Positions 8,180-17,703 of a stretch of 64,000 nt of DNA are shown piece by piece. The stretch comes from Planctomycetota bacterium. Its GTDB lineage: Bacteria; Planctomycetota; UBA1135; UBA2386. The notes beneath the pieces were generated by a model. It was not told the origin of the DNA. It did not search any database and worked only from the letters and a program-made list of their open reading frames with translations. Location: contig OZ245838.1 in the NCBI GenBank assembly GCA_965228735.1, positions 4,832,001 through 4,896,000 of the forward strand. The letters are read 5' to 3'. Every line of letters begins with the position of its first letter. Within the stretch, counting starts at the first letter, position 1. Made by a program: the position numbers and the translations under genes.

Positions 8180-11014
8180 ATGAGTTCTCCCGACTCAACC
8201 GAGGCGATCGAGGCCGCCTTTCTGGCGTACCGATGCAACCGGGACCCTGCCGCGCTCGCGACGGTGTACGACGGAACCGTCTCCCGACTGCTCGCGATCG
8301 CAACCCACATCAGCGGCGACACGGCGCTCGCGGAGGATGCCGTCCAGGAGACGTTCTTGTTCGCGCTCGAGAACCCGGAGCGGTGGAATCCGTCCCGGCC
8401 GCTCGTTCCGTGGTTGCTCTCGATCCTCGGCTTTCGGTTGAAGAAGGCTCGGGCACGTGAGCGGCGGGAGCCCGATCCAGAACGAGTTCCGGTGATGATG
8501 AGCGCGACCTCGGAGCCCGGAGCGGAGTTTGCGGCCAGCGAAGAGTTTGCGCGGATCGAACGTGCGATCACCCATCTGCCGCAGCCGTATCAAACGGTCG
8601 TCCTGTTGCGACTTCGCAGCGGGCTGCGTCCCGTGGACATCGCGGTCGCGCTCAACAGGAAGCCGAGCACCGTTCGCGCGCAACTGACTCGGGGTCTGGA
8701 GATGCTGCGGCGAGTTCTCCCGGTGGCGACGGTCGCGATGTTGTCGGGATCGCTGTCGGCGGCGTTCCGCAACCCGTCCGCACGGGAGGCCGTGCTTGCC
8801 CGTGCCACCGAACTGCATCGAGCTGTTCTGCTGGCACGTCGGGTGACCTGGCTGCGTTGCTGGGCGGTAGGCATGACGGCCTGCTTCGTCGCCGTCCTCG
8901 CGTGGTCGGGGTGGCACAGTGATGACGCCAGCAGAGCGCAGCTCGCCCAGCTCGACGGCAGCGCAGAGGTTCGTGCCGCACAGGCGGCTGTGCCGGATCA
9001 GGTTCCGCGCGTCGACGCGGGCAACCGCAGCTCTCCGAGCCGCGAGGCGGTTGCCCTGGGCGGCACGCTGAGAGTGACTGTCGAGTGTTTGGATCGCGAG
9101 CTGCCCTTCGCGGCGGTCGAGCTCGAGCCGCTCGCCGATCCGCCGCGCTACCTCGTTCACCACCACACCAGATCCGGACAACGTTGGAGTGAGGTTGCCT
9201 CGAATCCTCCGGCTCCCGTCGAGCAGCTGCGGCGCGGAACGACCGGGGATCGTGGTTCCGTGGAGTTCTCCCATCTGCCGCCAGGAGGCTGGATTTGCCG
9301 GGCGCTCGATGCCGCTGCCGTATTGCGGATCGATGCCGGCGAACTGACTGAGATCCGATTGCAGGTCGACTCGCGTTCCGTGTCGGTGCGAGGGTTGGTC
9401 CTGGATCACCGCGGTCAGCCGGTGCGCGGTGCCGAAGTGTGGAGCGTCGACGAGACGCGGAGAACGCACGCGAGGAGCCTCGCTCGAACGGATGCAGGAG
9501 GGCGATTTTCAGCGGCAGTTTCACCGTTCACGACCATCGGAGTTGCCCACTCGGGCGGTGCCGTGGTCGCGACGACGCTGACGCCCGACAACACCGCGAG
9601 CGTTGCCGAAGTCGTGCTGCGCTTGGCCGGGGCGGGAGCGATGCTCGAGGGGCGCGTGGTCGACGATCGCGGTCAGCCGGTGGGCGGCGCCGTCGTCGAG
9701 GTCGGACACCCCAACGACTGGCGGGTCGCCGAGGTCGCGACGCTGCCGCGCGAGATCGCCCGCCGGATGCGAACCGTTTCCGACGCGCGCGGACGATTCA
9801 CGTTCGAGGCACTGGTGCCCGGGGAGACCATCGTGCTTGCACATCGGGGCGGACTTGGCGCGCGGCTGCACGTCATCGATCTCGAACGCAGCCAACGCTC
9901 GACCGTCGAGATCGAACTCCCCGCCGTTGCGACCCTCGAGGGCATCGTTCGTGATGCCGCCGATCGCCCGGTTGCCGGCGCCCATGTCTCGGTAGGCCGT
10001 CGCGGTCGGATCGGCCACTGCGCTGGAGTGACGGACAAGGGTGGCCGGTATCGGTTGTCGGGAATCACGCCGGGTCGGCTGACCGTGGAGGTCAACGACT
10101 ACCGGGGAGCGTTCGCGTTCCGCACGGTCGATTGCTCGGCTGGTGAAACGAGCATCTGGAACCCGGTGCTCTCGCGAGGCAACCTGCGCCTTGCCGGTCA
10201 GGTCGTCGATGCTCGGGGCAAGCCGTTCGCGGGTGGCTGGATCGTCCATCGCGGTCAATGGAGGACGCGAGTACGGAAGCTCGATGAATCCGGTCGGTTC
10301 GAGGTGGTCTTGTCCGAACGAGTTGCGGCCTTGTCGAGTGGCATCCACGTGTATTCCGACGAGCCACGCACCGAGAACGGTCGAATCACGGGCACGCCGG
10401 TCGTTGCCCGTGCGGGTCTACGGGCGGGCGCGCCGGACCTCGTGATCACCGTGCCGGACGTGCGTGCAGCTGACTGCAGAGTCAGCGGCCGGGTGATCGG
10501 CTCGCCGGGAGTGGTTCCAGCAGACCTGATGCTGACCGGGAAGACGGACAGCGAAGCTCGACGAGGCCGGGCAATCCGCATCGAGTCGGATGGCACGTTC
10601 TCAGTCGACGGGGTCTTGCCCGGCACCTATGTGCTTCGGCTCGGCGCGACTCGGCGAGCGTTCGGCCCGTTCACTCTACGTGCCGGATCACATCTCGATG
10701 TCGGCACTCTGCGACTGCCGCCGTCCGACATCGATCAACGGTTCGTCAAGGTGCATTTCGCGCTCGTCTTCCCGCACCATGTAGCAGCGACCGAGGCCGT
10801 TCAGCTCGAGGTTCGAGACGAGCACGGCTGGCTGCGCTCGTTCAAGATCCAGGGTGCCAGCCTCGCGGGGAAGGACGTGTTCGTAGAGTTGCCCCCTGGT
10901 CGCTTCGTTCTGCGGGCCACCAGTGAGTCCGAGCTGATCGCGGAGCGGCAGATCGTCGTCGATCCACGGCAGCCGATTCTCCGCGCCCTGCCGATCGTGT
11001 TTGGGCCTCAGTGA
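8180..11014 (+). CDS. ECF sigma factor fused via a TM helix to carboxypeptidase-regulatory-like (transthyretin-fold) repeats
   Basis: AEDAVQETFL and STVRAQLTRGLEMLRR sigma motifs; TM WAVGMTACFVAVLAW; repeated GRVVDxxGxPVxGAxV...TDxxGRF units. Start taken at ATG 8180. Confidence 0.82.
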   Translation: MSSPDSTEAIEAAFLAYRCNRDPAALATVYDGTVSRLLAIATHISGDTALAEDAVQETFLFALENPERWNPSRPLVPWLLSILGFRLKKARARERREPDPERVPVMMSATSEPGAEFAASEEFARIERAITHLPQPYQTVVLLRLRSGLRPVDIAVALNRKPSTVRAQLTRGLEMLRRVLPVATVAMLSGSLSAAFRNPSAREAVLARATELHRAVLLARRVTWLRCWAVGMTACFVAVLAWSGWHSDDASRAQLAQLDGSAEVRAAQAAVPDQVPRVDAGNRSSPSREAVALGGTLRVTVECLDRELPFAAVELEPLADPPRYLVHHHTRSGQRWSEVASNPPAPVEQLRRGTTGDRGSVEFSHLPPGGWICRALDAAAVLRIDAGELTEIRLQVDSRSVSVRGLVLDHRGQPVRGAEVWSVDETRRTHARSLARTDAGGRFSAAVSPFTTIGVAHSGGAVVATTLTPDNTASVAEVVLRLAGAGAMLEGRVVDDRGQPVGGAVVEVGHPNDWRVAEVATLPREIARRMRTVSDARGRFTFEALVPGETIVLAHRGGLGARLHVIDLERSQRSTVEIELPAVATLEGIVRDAADRPVAGAHVSVGRRGRIGHCAGVTDKGGRYRLSGITPGRLTVEVNDYRGAFAFRTVDCSAGETSIWNPVLSRGNLRLAGQVVDARGKPFAGGWIVHRGQWRTRVRKLDESGRFEVVLSERVAALSSGIHVYSDEPRTENGRITGTPVVARAGLRAGAPDLVITVPDVRAADCRVSGRVIGSPGVVPADLMLTGKTDSEARRGRAIRIESDGTFSVDGVLPGTYVLRLGATRRAFGPFTLRAGSHLDVGTLRLPPSDIDQRFVKVHFALVFPHHVAATEAVQLEVRDEHGWLRSFKIQGASLAGKDVFVELPPGRFVLRATSESELIAERQIVVDPRQPILRALPIVFGPQ

Positions 11015-11107
11015 CGGGCGTTCCACCGGGCCCGGAACTGACTGTCGTGATCGACGAGGCCTGAGCGGCGTCCGCGCTCGGGACGGTGGCGCACTCACCG
11101 ACGGTAC

Positions 11108-11893
11108 TCACTGGTCGAGCGCGGTCGTGCGCCACCCGTTCGCATCCGCGGATGCGACGAGGAGGCCTTCGCCTTTCGCGTCGAGCTCGCCGACGAGTTT
11201 GCCGCCCGCGGCCCAGATCGAACTGCGGCCGGCAGCGGGCAGGCCGCCCGACGGTCCGCCGTAGTTGGCGAACGCGACTGTCATCGAGTGGCGCTCGGCA
11301 AACTTCCGCAGGCGGGCTCGTTCGGCATCCAGATCCGCCGGGATCACGAACATGCTCGCGAGGTAACAACGAGCACCTCGGCGAGCCGCGCTGGCGGCGT
11401 GCGAGGGTTCACCGATGTCAGCGCAGATCGCGATCGCGGCCGGGTTCCCGTGAAGCGGCACGAGGGGATCACTGTCGCCCGCGACGAACACGCTGTCCTC
11501 CCGCGGCGGGACGCGGCCAGCAGGGTTGGCGTCGGGTGGGAACGCACCGAGGCGACGCTTGGTGTAGACCGCGGTCGAACCGTCGGGCCCGAACACGGGC
11601 GCGCTGAGGCAGAGTCGGCCGTCGACCCGGATCGGTGCGCCGGCGATCAGCGTGATTCCGCGGTCCGTTGCGAGGGCGCGCAGCGGCGCGAGGCGGTCGT
11701 CGTTGAGTTCCATCGCGAGTTCTGCCGCGAGCTCCAGTTCGTAGCCCGTCAGCGACAGCTCGGGGAAGACGACGAGCTGGGCGCCGGCGTCTGCCGCGCG
11801 TGCGGCGAGGCGAAGGTGGTCCGCGCGGTTGGCCTCGAAGTCTCCGGGCCGGGGGATGGTCTGAGCGATCGCCAGCGCAGCAGGGGCATTCAC
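11108..11893 (-). CDS. Carbon-nitrogen hydrolase (nitrilase superfamily)
   Basis: LVVFPELSLTGY (Glu), YTKRRL (Lys), ICAD (Cys) triad. Confidence 0.88.
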   Translation of the reverse strand: MNAPAALAIAQTIPRPGDFEANRADHLRLAARAADAGAQLVVFPELSLTGYELELAAELAMELNDDRLAPLRALATDRGITLIAGAPIRVDGRLCLSAPVFGPDGSTAVYTKRRLGAFPPDANPAGRVPPREDSVFVAGDSDPLVPLHGNPAAIAICADIGEPSHAASAARRGARCYLASMFVIPADLDAERARLRKFAERHSMTVAFANYGGPSGGLPAAGRSSIWAAGGKLVGELDAKGEGLLVASADANGWRTTALDQ

Positions 11894-11976
11894 GATTCGG
11901 ATGCTAACTCGGGTGATCTGCGTTCGGGTCCCGGGCTGCCATTCCGGTGGTCGGCCGTTGGCGATACGAAGGAGCC

Positions 11977-13332
11977 ATGGACTACGACCTGTTCGTCATC
12001 GGCGCCGGCTCGGGCGGGGTGCGCGCCGCGCGCATGGCCGCGGGCTTCGGCGCCAAGGTAGCGATCGCCGAGCACCTCTACCTCGGCGGCACGTGCGTGA
12101 ACGTCGGCTGTGTGCCGAAGAAGCTCTACGTCTACGCGTCCGAGTACGGCAAGGCGTTCGAGGACGCGCGGGGTTTCGGTTGGCGCAGTCAGGTGCCCGA
12201 GTTCGACTGGTCCACGTTGCGCGACAACAAGACCGACGAGATCGGACGGCTCAACTCGGTCTACGACAAGATGCTCTCCAACGTCGGCGCGGACGTGATC
12301 CGGGGGAAGGCCAGTATCGTGGGCCCGAACGAGGTCGAGGTGAACGGGCAGCGACACACGGCCGGCAAGATCCTCATCGCGACCGGCGGCTGGCCTCGAC
12401 GCGACACCCGGCCCGGTACCGAGCTCGGCATCACGTCCAACGAGGTGTTCGATCTGAAAGAGTTCCCGCAGCGGCTGCTCGTCGCGGGTGGCGGCTACAT
12501 CGCGGTCGAGTTCGCCGGCATCTTCAACGGCCTCGGCGCCGAGGTGATCCAGCTCTATCGCGGACCGCTGTTCCTGCGCGGGTTCGATCAGGACATCCGC
12601 GAGTTCGCGGCGCAGGAGCTGCCGAAGACCGGCATCGATCTGCGTTTCGAGGTGATCATCGACTCGATCGAGCGCACGGCGGACGGCCTGCGTTGCCAGC
12701 TCTCGGACGGCAAGGATGTGACGGTCGACCAGGTGCTCTACGCGATCGGTCGCGAGCCGAACACCGAGGGTCTCGGCCTCGAGAACGTCGACGTGCGCTG
12801 CGACGATCAGGGCTACATCGAGGTCGACGACGACTTCCGCACCGCGACGCCGTCGATCTTCGCGGTCGGCGACGTGACCGGCGGCATGGAGTTGACGCCC
12901 GTCGCACTCGCGGAAGGCATGGCGTTCGCGCGCAAGCAATTCGGCTCGATGCAGCGGCCGGTCGAATACGACTTCATTCCGTCGGCGGTGTTCTGCCAGC
13001 CCAACATCGGGACGGTCGGCTTCACCGAGGAAGAGGCGCGCGGGGAGTTCGACAGCATCACGCTCTACAAGTCGTCGTTCCGACCGATGAAGCACACGAT
13101 CAGCGGGCGCGACGAGAAGACGTTCATGAAGCTCATCGTCGACGACGCGACGGATCGGGTCGTTGGCGTTCACATGATGGGGCCCGACGCAGGCGAGATC
13201 ATCCAGGGCATCGCGATCGCGCTGAAGGCCGGCGCGACGAAGGCGACGTTCGACGCGACGATCGGCATCCACCCGACCGCGGCGGAGGAGTTCGTCACGA
13301 TGCGCGAGCCGTGGCAGGAGTCCAAGTCATGA
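11977..13332 (+). CDS. gor: Glutathione-disulfide reductase
   Basis: GAGSGG, GGTCVNVGCVPKK, GGGYIAVEFA, IGIHPTAAEEFV; GGAG RBS. Confidence 0.93.
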   Translation: MDYDLFVIGAGSGGVRAARMAAGFGAKVAIAEHLYLGGTCVNVGCVPKKLYVYASEYGKAFEDARGFGWRSQVPEFDWSTLRDNKTDEIGRLNSVYDKMLSNVGADVIRGKASIVGPNEVEVNGQRHTAGKILIATGGWPRRDTRPGTELGITSNEVFDLKEFPQRLLVAGGGYIAVEFAGIFNGLGAEVIQLYRGPLFLRGFDQDIREFAAQELPKTGIDLRFEVIIDSIERTADGLRCQLSDGKDVTVDQVLYAIGREPNTEGLGLENVDVRCDDQGYIEVDDDFRTATPSIFAVGDVTGGMELTPVALAEGMAFARKQFGSMQRPVEYDFIPSAVFCQPNIGTVGFTEEEARGEFDSITLYKSSFRPMKHTISGRDEKTFMKLIVDDATDRVVGVHMMGPDAGEIIQGIAIALKAGATKATFDATIGIHPTAAEEFVTMREPWQESKS

Positions 13333-13721
13333 GCGACGATCGCGAACGCATCTCCTCTGGTTCGGAGTTCGAGCGCCAGGTCGCCTACTCGCGAGCCGTC
13401 GTCTGCGGGCCCGACATCTTCGTCTCCGGCACGACGGGTTACGACTACACCACGATGACGATCGAGTCCGATGTCGTGGCGCAATGCCGGCAGGCGCTGC
13501 AGAACATCGAAGCGGCGCTCGCGCAGGCCGGCTCGTCGCTGCGCGACGTGGTGCGCGTGACGTACATCCTGCCGGACCCGGACGACTTCGAGGCGTGCTG
13601 GCCCGTGCTGCGCGAGTACTTCGGCGACGTGCGACCGGCAGCGACGATGCTCTCGGCGCGGCTCCTCAACGCCGACATCAAGATCGAGATCGAGGTGACC
13701 GCGCGCAAGCGTTCGGTGTGA
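13329..13721 (+). CDS. RidA/YjgF family protein
   Basis: ATGA overlap with gor; YSRAVV, VSGTTG, DVVRV, RPAATM, KIEIEV. Confidence 0.9.
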   Translation: MSDDRERISSGSEFERQVAYSRAVVCGPDIFVSGTTGYDYTTMTIESDVVAQCRQALQNIEAALAQAGSSLRDVVRVTYILPDPDDFEACWPVLREYFGDVRPAATMLSARLLNADIKIEIEVTARKRSV

Positions 13722-13872
13722 CGCCGGGCACCGCTCCCCGCTGTGCGTCGCCGTGAGCAACGACCACCGGCGTCAGCGCAGCTTCTCCGTTTCGCAGCGC
13801 GGCCTTGCGTTGTCGGACGTACGCGCGGTTGGGCGGCGGAGCCAGATCGGCGGGCTCTGGTAGTCTGGACCG

Positions 13873-15249
13873 ATGACCGTGCCGACCCGTCTGCTGCCGT
13901 GTCGCGGCGCCGCTCTCACGATGCTCGCTCTTGCCGGCGCTGTCGTAGCGCAGGCGGAGGCGCTTCCTCGCACCGCGGCCGAGGTCATCGACGCGTGGCT
14001 CGACGCACGACACGACGGCCCGCTGCTGCCGACGCCCGCGAGCACCGCGGCGTTGCTTGCGGAGCTGCGGGCGCTCGGCGTCAATACACCGGCTGCGCTC
14101 GAGGCGGCGCTGCGGGCACCGCGCCACGAGTATCCGCCCGCGGCCGAGTTGCTCGGCAAGACGACCGAGCACGAGGTCGAGTGCTACCACGTCGACTACA
14201 CGACACGGTTCTTCCTGTTCGTGCCGCAGGGCTACACGCCCGACCGCGCGCACCCGCTCGTGTTCGTCGCGCACGGCGGCAATTCGTCGATGTCGCCCGA
14301 GCGGGCCGGCCGGGTCGCGCGTTCGTATCTGCAGGCCTACGCGCCCGCAATGGCCGAGCACCTCGGCGCGATCGTCGTCGCGCCGGCCAGCTCGCGCGGC
14401 TGGGGGCAGATCGGCAACTCCATCGCGCTGTCCGTGATCTCGGACCTGCAGCGCCGCCTGCACATCGACGGCGATCGCCTCTACGTCACCGGTCAGTCGA
14501 TGGGTGGGCACATGGCCTTTCGCACCGCGCTGACGCTCGGCGACCGGTTCGCCGCGGTGTCGCCGCAGAGCGGCGGGTATGACTTCGTCGCGAAGCGGGC
14601 GATCGGCAACCTGCTGTCGGTGCCGGGGTATGTCACGTGGGGCAAGCGCGAGCCGTACGGCATCGACAAGGACAGTCGAACGAACGCCGCGTGGGCGCAA
14701 GAGCACGACCTCGACTGGGTCTTCGTCGAGAAGAACGGCGGTCACGAGATCTACGCCGACGAACAGCCGAAGGTCGCACGCTTCTTCGGCGCGCACCCGC
14801 GCAACCTGCATCGGCCCGAGGTCTACATCCGCGCGGGCGGCGCGATGAAGTTCACGCGGACCTGGGGCGTGAAGGGTTGGCCGGAACACACGGTGCGTCA
14901 CGAGACCCGACCGCTGCGCTGGAACATGCGCCACTGGCTCGAACTGACTCCGCGGCCGGACCATGAGGGGCCGTTGACCGCACACGCGTGCTACGTGGGC
15001 AAGAACCGCTTCGAGATCACGGCGAACGCGGTCCGCGAACTTCAGGTCTACCTGCACCCTGCCATGGTCGACCTCGCCGCGCCCGTGCACGTCGTCGTGA
15101 ACGGAACCGAGCGCTTCGCCGGCAAGGCCGAGACCGATCCGCGTCTGATGCTCGAACTCGTGCGCGAGTTCGACGACCGCGGGCGCATCTGGTGGGCCCG
15201 CGTTCGGGTCGAGGTGCCCGACGATCGACCCGATCCGTTCGGGTTTTGA
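13873..15249 (+). CDS. Secreted alpha/beta hydrolase (esterase/peptidase-like)
   Basis: Signal peptide; FVPQGY...PLVFVAHGG; RLYVTGQSMGG nucleophile motif; NGGHE. Confidence 0.72.
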   Translation: MTVPTRLLPCRGAALTMLALAGAVVAQAEALPRTAAEVIDAWLDARHDGPLLPTPASTAALLAELRALGVNTPAALEAALRAPRHEYPPAAELLGKTTEHEVECYHVDYTTRFFLFVPQGYTPDRAHPLVFVAHGGNSSMSPERAGRVARSYLQAYAPAMAEHLGAIVVAPASSRGWGQIGNSIALSVISDLQRRLHIDGDRLYVTGQSMGGHMAFRTALTLGDRFAAVSPQSGGYDFVAKRAIGNLLSVPGYVTWGKREPYGIDKDSRTNAAWAQEHDLDWVFVEKNGGHEIYADEQPKVARFFGAHPRNLHRPEVYIRAGGAMKFTRTWGVKGWPEHTVRHETRPLRWNMRHWLELTPRPDHEGPLTAHACYVGKNRFEITANAVRELQVYLHPAMVDLAAPVHVVVNGTERFAGKAETDPRLMLELVREFDDRGRIWWARVRVEVPDDRPDPFGF

Positions 15250-15332
15250 CGGTCATCGGGGTTGGCCGGAGCGCGCATCGCACGCTCGACAGCTGCCTAT
15301 CTGCTTGCAGGCGGTCTGCTGCAGGCTGGTCG

Positions 15333-15593
15333 CTACAGGCGATACGTGATCCGACCGCGGGTCAGATCGTACGGCGACAGTTCCGCGCGGACGCGGTCGC
15401 CCTGCGTGATGCGGATGCGGAACCGACCCATCTTGCCGCCCGTCTTGCAGATCGGGGTCTGGTCGGTGCCATCGATACGAATGCGGTAGCGGCCATCACC
15501 GAGTGCCTGCAGGACTTCGCCCTCGACCTCGATCGCCTCTTCCTTCTGCGACGGCGGGGGGCCGCCACCAGAGCCACGCCGATGCCGACTCAT
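15333..15593 (-). CDS. infA: Translation initiation factor IF-1 (divergent, N-terminally extended)
   Basis: KEEAIEVEGEV...GKM...IRITQGDRVRAELSPYDLTRGRITYR. Confidence 0.85.
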   Translation of the reverse strand: MSRHRRGSGGGPPPSQKEEAIEVEGEVLQALGDGRYRIRIDGTDQTPICKTGGKMGRFRIRITQGDRVRAELSPYDLTRGRITYRL

Positions 15594-15774
15594 CGGTTCT
15601 GGCCCTCCGCGAGGACGCGGGCAACGGGGCGAAGAGGAACAGCTGTGGGATGATGTGGAGTTCTTTGCATTCGTACGGCGGAAGATGATATCCGCGATGA
15701 TCGTCCTCTGCGACCCCCTAGCCGTAGTCGGGGCGCCGAAGGGCCCGCGGAAACGGCGGTCGCCGGGGCGCCGA

Positions 15775-16534
15775 TCACGGTCGCTCGCGCCAGTTGCGGA
15801 CCGTCGGCAGGGGGGCCGGTCGGCCGGATCGGTTCGCCCGCCCGGGCCCCGCGACCAGGTCGGCGACGAGGCAGCGCTGCACGGGCAGGCCGGCGGTGCC
15901 GCGCGGTCGGCAGGTTGCGATCGACCGGACCTGCCAGCCGGCGGCCGGGCCCGGGAGCGCCGTTACCTCGACGGCCACGTCGGCGTCGCCGCGCGCGCGC
16001 GCGCGCGAGCGCCAGCAACAACGTCGGCGGTCCGGCCAGGCGTTCGGGTCGCCCGGAGATCAGCGACGGCAGCTCGGGCACGACCGGAGTCAGCAGCAGC
16101 GTCAGTGCCGCGCCGATCACGAACACGACGATCGCGGCGAGCAGCGGCATCTCGAGCCGGCGCCGCAGCTGGTCGCGGACGCGCGCGCGCAGGCTCGCGT
16201 CGGTGGCGATCTCGTCGAGCACGCCGGGCAGATCACCGGACTTGATCCCGGCCTCGACGAGTGCGCGATAGATCGGCGGGAAGCGTTCGGCTCGCTGGCC
16301 ATACGCCTGTTCGAACGGCACGCCCGCCTCGATCTCGGTGGCCATCGTGGCGCACTCGTTCTTCAGCTGTCCGCTGTCGACGTCGTGCACCAGGTTGCGC
16401 AGCGCTTCCGGCAACGGCAGGTCGGCGCGACACAGCCCCGCGAGGCTGCGATGGAACATGCCGATGTCACCGTACGGCTCCGGCTGCTGCTGCGGCTCCG
16501 CGGTGACCGAGCCGCTATGAACGTCGTCCTGCAC
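15775..16534 (-). pseudogene. GspF/PilC N-terminal half joined out of frame to an unrelated C-terminal fragment
   Basis: LPLPEAL...IEAGVPFEQA...FPPIYRALVEAGIKSGDLPGVL plus first TM; GspF character ends at the (CG)9 tract; start codon uncertain. Confidence 0.6.
15990..16007. repeat. (CG)9 dinucleotide tract
   Basis: cgcgcgcgcgcgcgcgcg read directly. Confidence 0.9.
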
Positions 16535-17633
16535 CAAGGACACGGTCGACCTCCTGGTAGTCGGTGATGCCGCGTTCGACGAGCCGCTCGGCCGCGTCGC
16601 GCAGGTTGGGAAAGTCACTGTCGGCCGCCGCTGCGGCGAGCTCGCTGCCGTCGCTGCGCGCGAGCACGGCACGGCGGAGGCTCGGCTGCATCGGCAGCCA
16701 CTCGGCGATGAGCTGGCGACCGGCGTAGCCCGAGCCGTGACAGCGCGGGCATTCGCTGCCGGCGCACGGCGCGGCGTCGCAGAGGCGCCGAAGGAGCCGT
16801 TGCGCGAGCACCCCGCGCACCGTCGTCGTCAGGACGAACGGCTCGACGCCCATCTCGAGCAATCGCGCGAACACCTCCGACGCACAACCGGCGTGCAAGG
16901 TCGATGCCACGAGGTGGCCCGTGAGTCCGGCCTCGAGCGCGATCGCCGCGGTCTCGCGGTCGCGGATCTCGCCGACGAGCAGGACGTCGGGATCCTGGCG
17001 CAGCAGCGAACGCAGGGCCTTGGAGAAGCCGAGTCCCGCGGCCGGATCGACCTCTGTTTGCACCACGCCTTCGAGTCGGCGTTCGACCGGGTCCTCGACC
17101 GTCACGATCGTGCGCTCGATATCGTGGTGTGCGAGGTGCTGCATGCACGAGTACAGCGTCGTCGTCTTGCCGCTGCCGCTCGGGCCCGTGAGGAGTACGA
17201 CGCCGTCGGGTTGTTCGATGGCGTGCGCGAGTGCCTTGCCGACCTCTTTCTCGAGCCCGAGTTCCGTCAGGGCGCGGGGCGCGCCGTCCGGCGCGTCGAA
17301 GCGCAGGGCCACGCGTTCGCCGAACAGCGTCGGGTAGGTCGCGACCCGGACCTCGCGGCCGATGCCCGAACGTGCCGCCGCGATGCGTCCTTCCTGCGGC
17401 ACGTCGCGGCGATAGACGAGCAGCTCGGCGAGCGCTTTGCAGCGGCCGACGAGCTGCGGACTCAGTTCGGCGGGCAGCGTCTCGACGGTGCTGAGTGCGC
17501 CATCGCGTCGCATGCGAACGCGCACGCCACCCTCGGTCGGATCGAGGTGGAGATCGCTGGCGCCGCGTTCGAGCGCGCTCTGCAGCAATCGCTCGACGAC
17601 CGCCGGGGCCGGTGCATCGACAAGATCGGGCAC
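16515..17633 (-). CDS. GspE/PilB family secretion ATPase (short form)
   Basis: ASDLHLDP, LTGPSGSGKTTTLY Walker A, VEDPVE, LRQDPDVLLVGEIRD, TGHLVASTLH, C..C..C..C Zn motif. Confidence 0.92.
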   Translation of the reverse strand: MPDLVDAPAPAVVERLLQSALERGASDLHLDPTEGGVRVRMRRDGALSTVETLPAELSPQLVGRCKALAELLVYRRDVPQEGRIAAARSGIGREVRVATYPTLFGERVALRFDAPDGAPRALTELGLEKEVGKALAHAIEQPDGVVLLTGPSGSGKTTTLYSCMQHLAHHDIERTIVTVEDPVERRLEGVVQTEVDPAAGLGFSKALRSLLRQDPDVLLVGEIRDRETAAIALEAGLTGHLVASTLHAGCASEVFARLLEMGVEPFVLTTTVRGVLAQRLLRRLCDAAPCAGSECPRCHGSGYAGRQLIAEWLPMQPSLRRAVLARSDGSELAAAAADSDFPNLRDAAERLVERGITDYQEVDRVLGAGRRS

Positions 17634-17703
17634 GGTCCGTCATCGGCGAGACGGTGAACCCGCTTGCTCGCGGCGCGCAGTCGTCGATGGCACCGCGGCC
17701 TGG

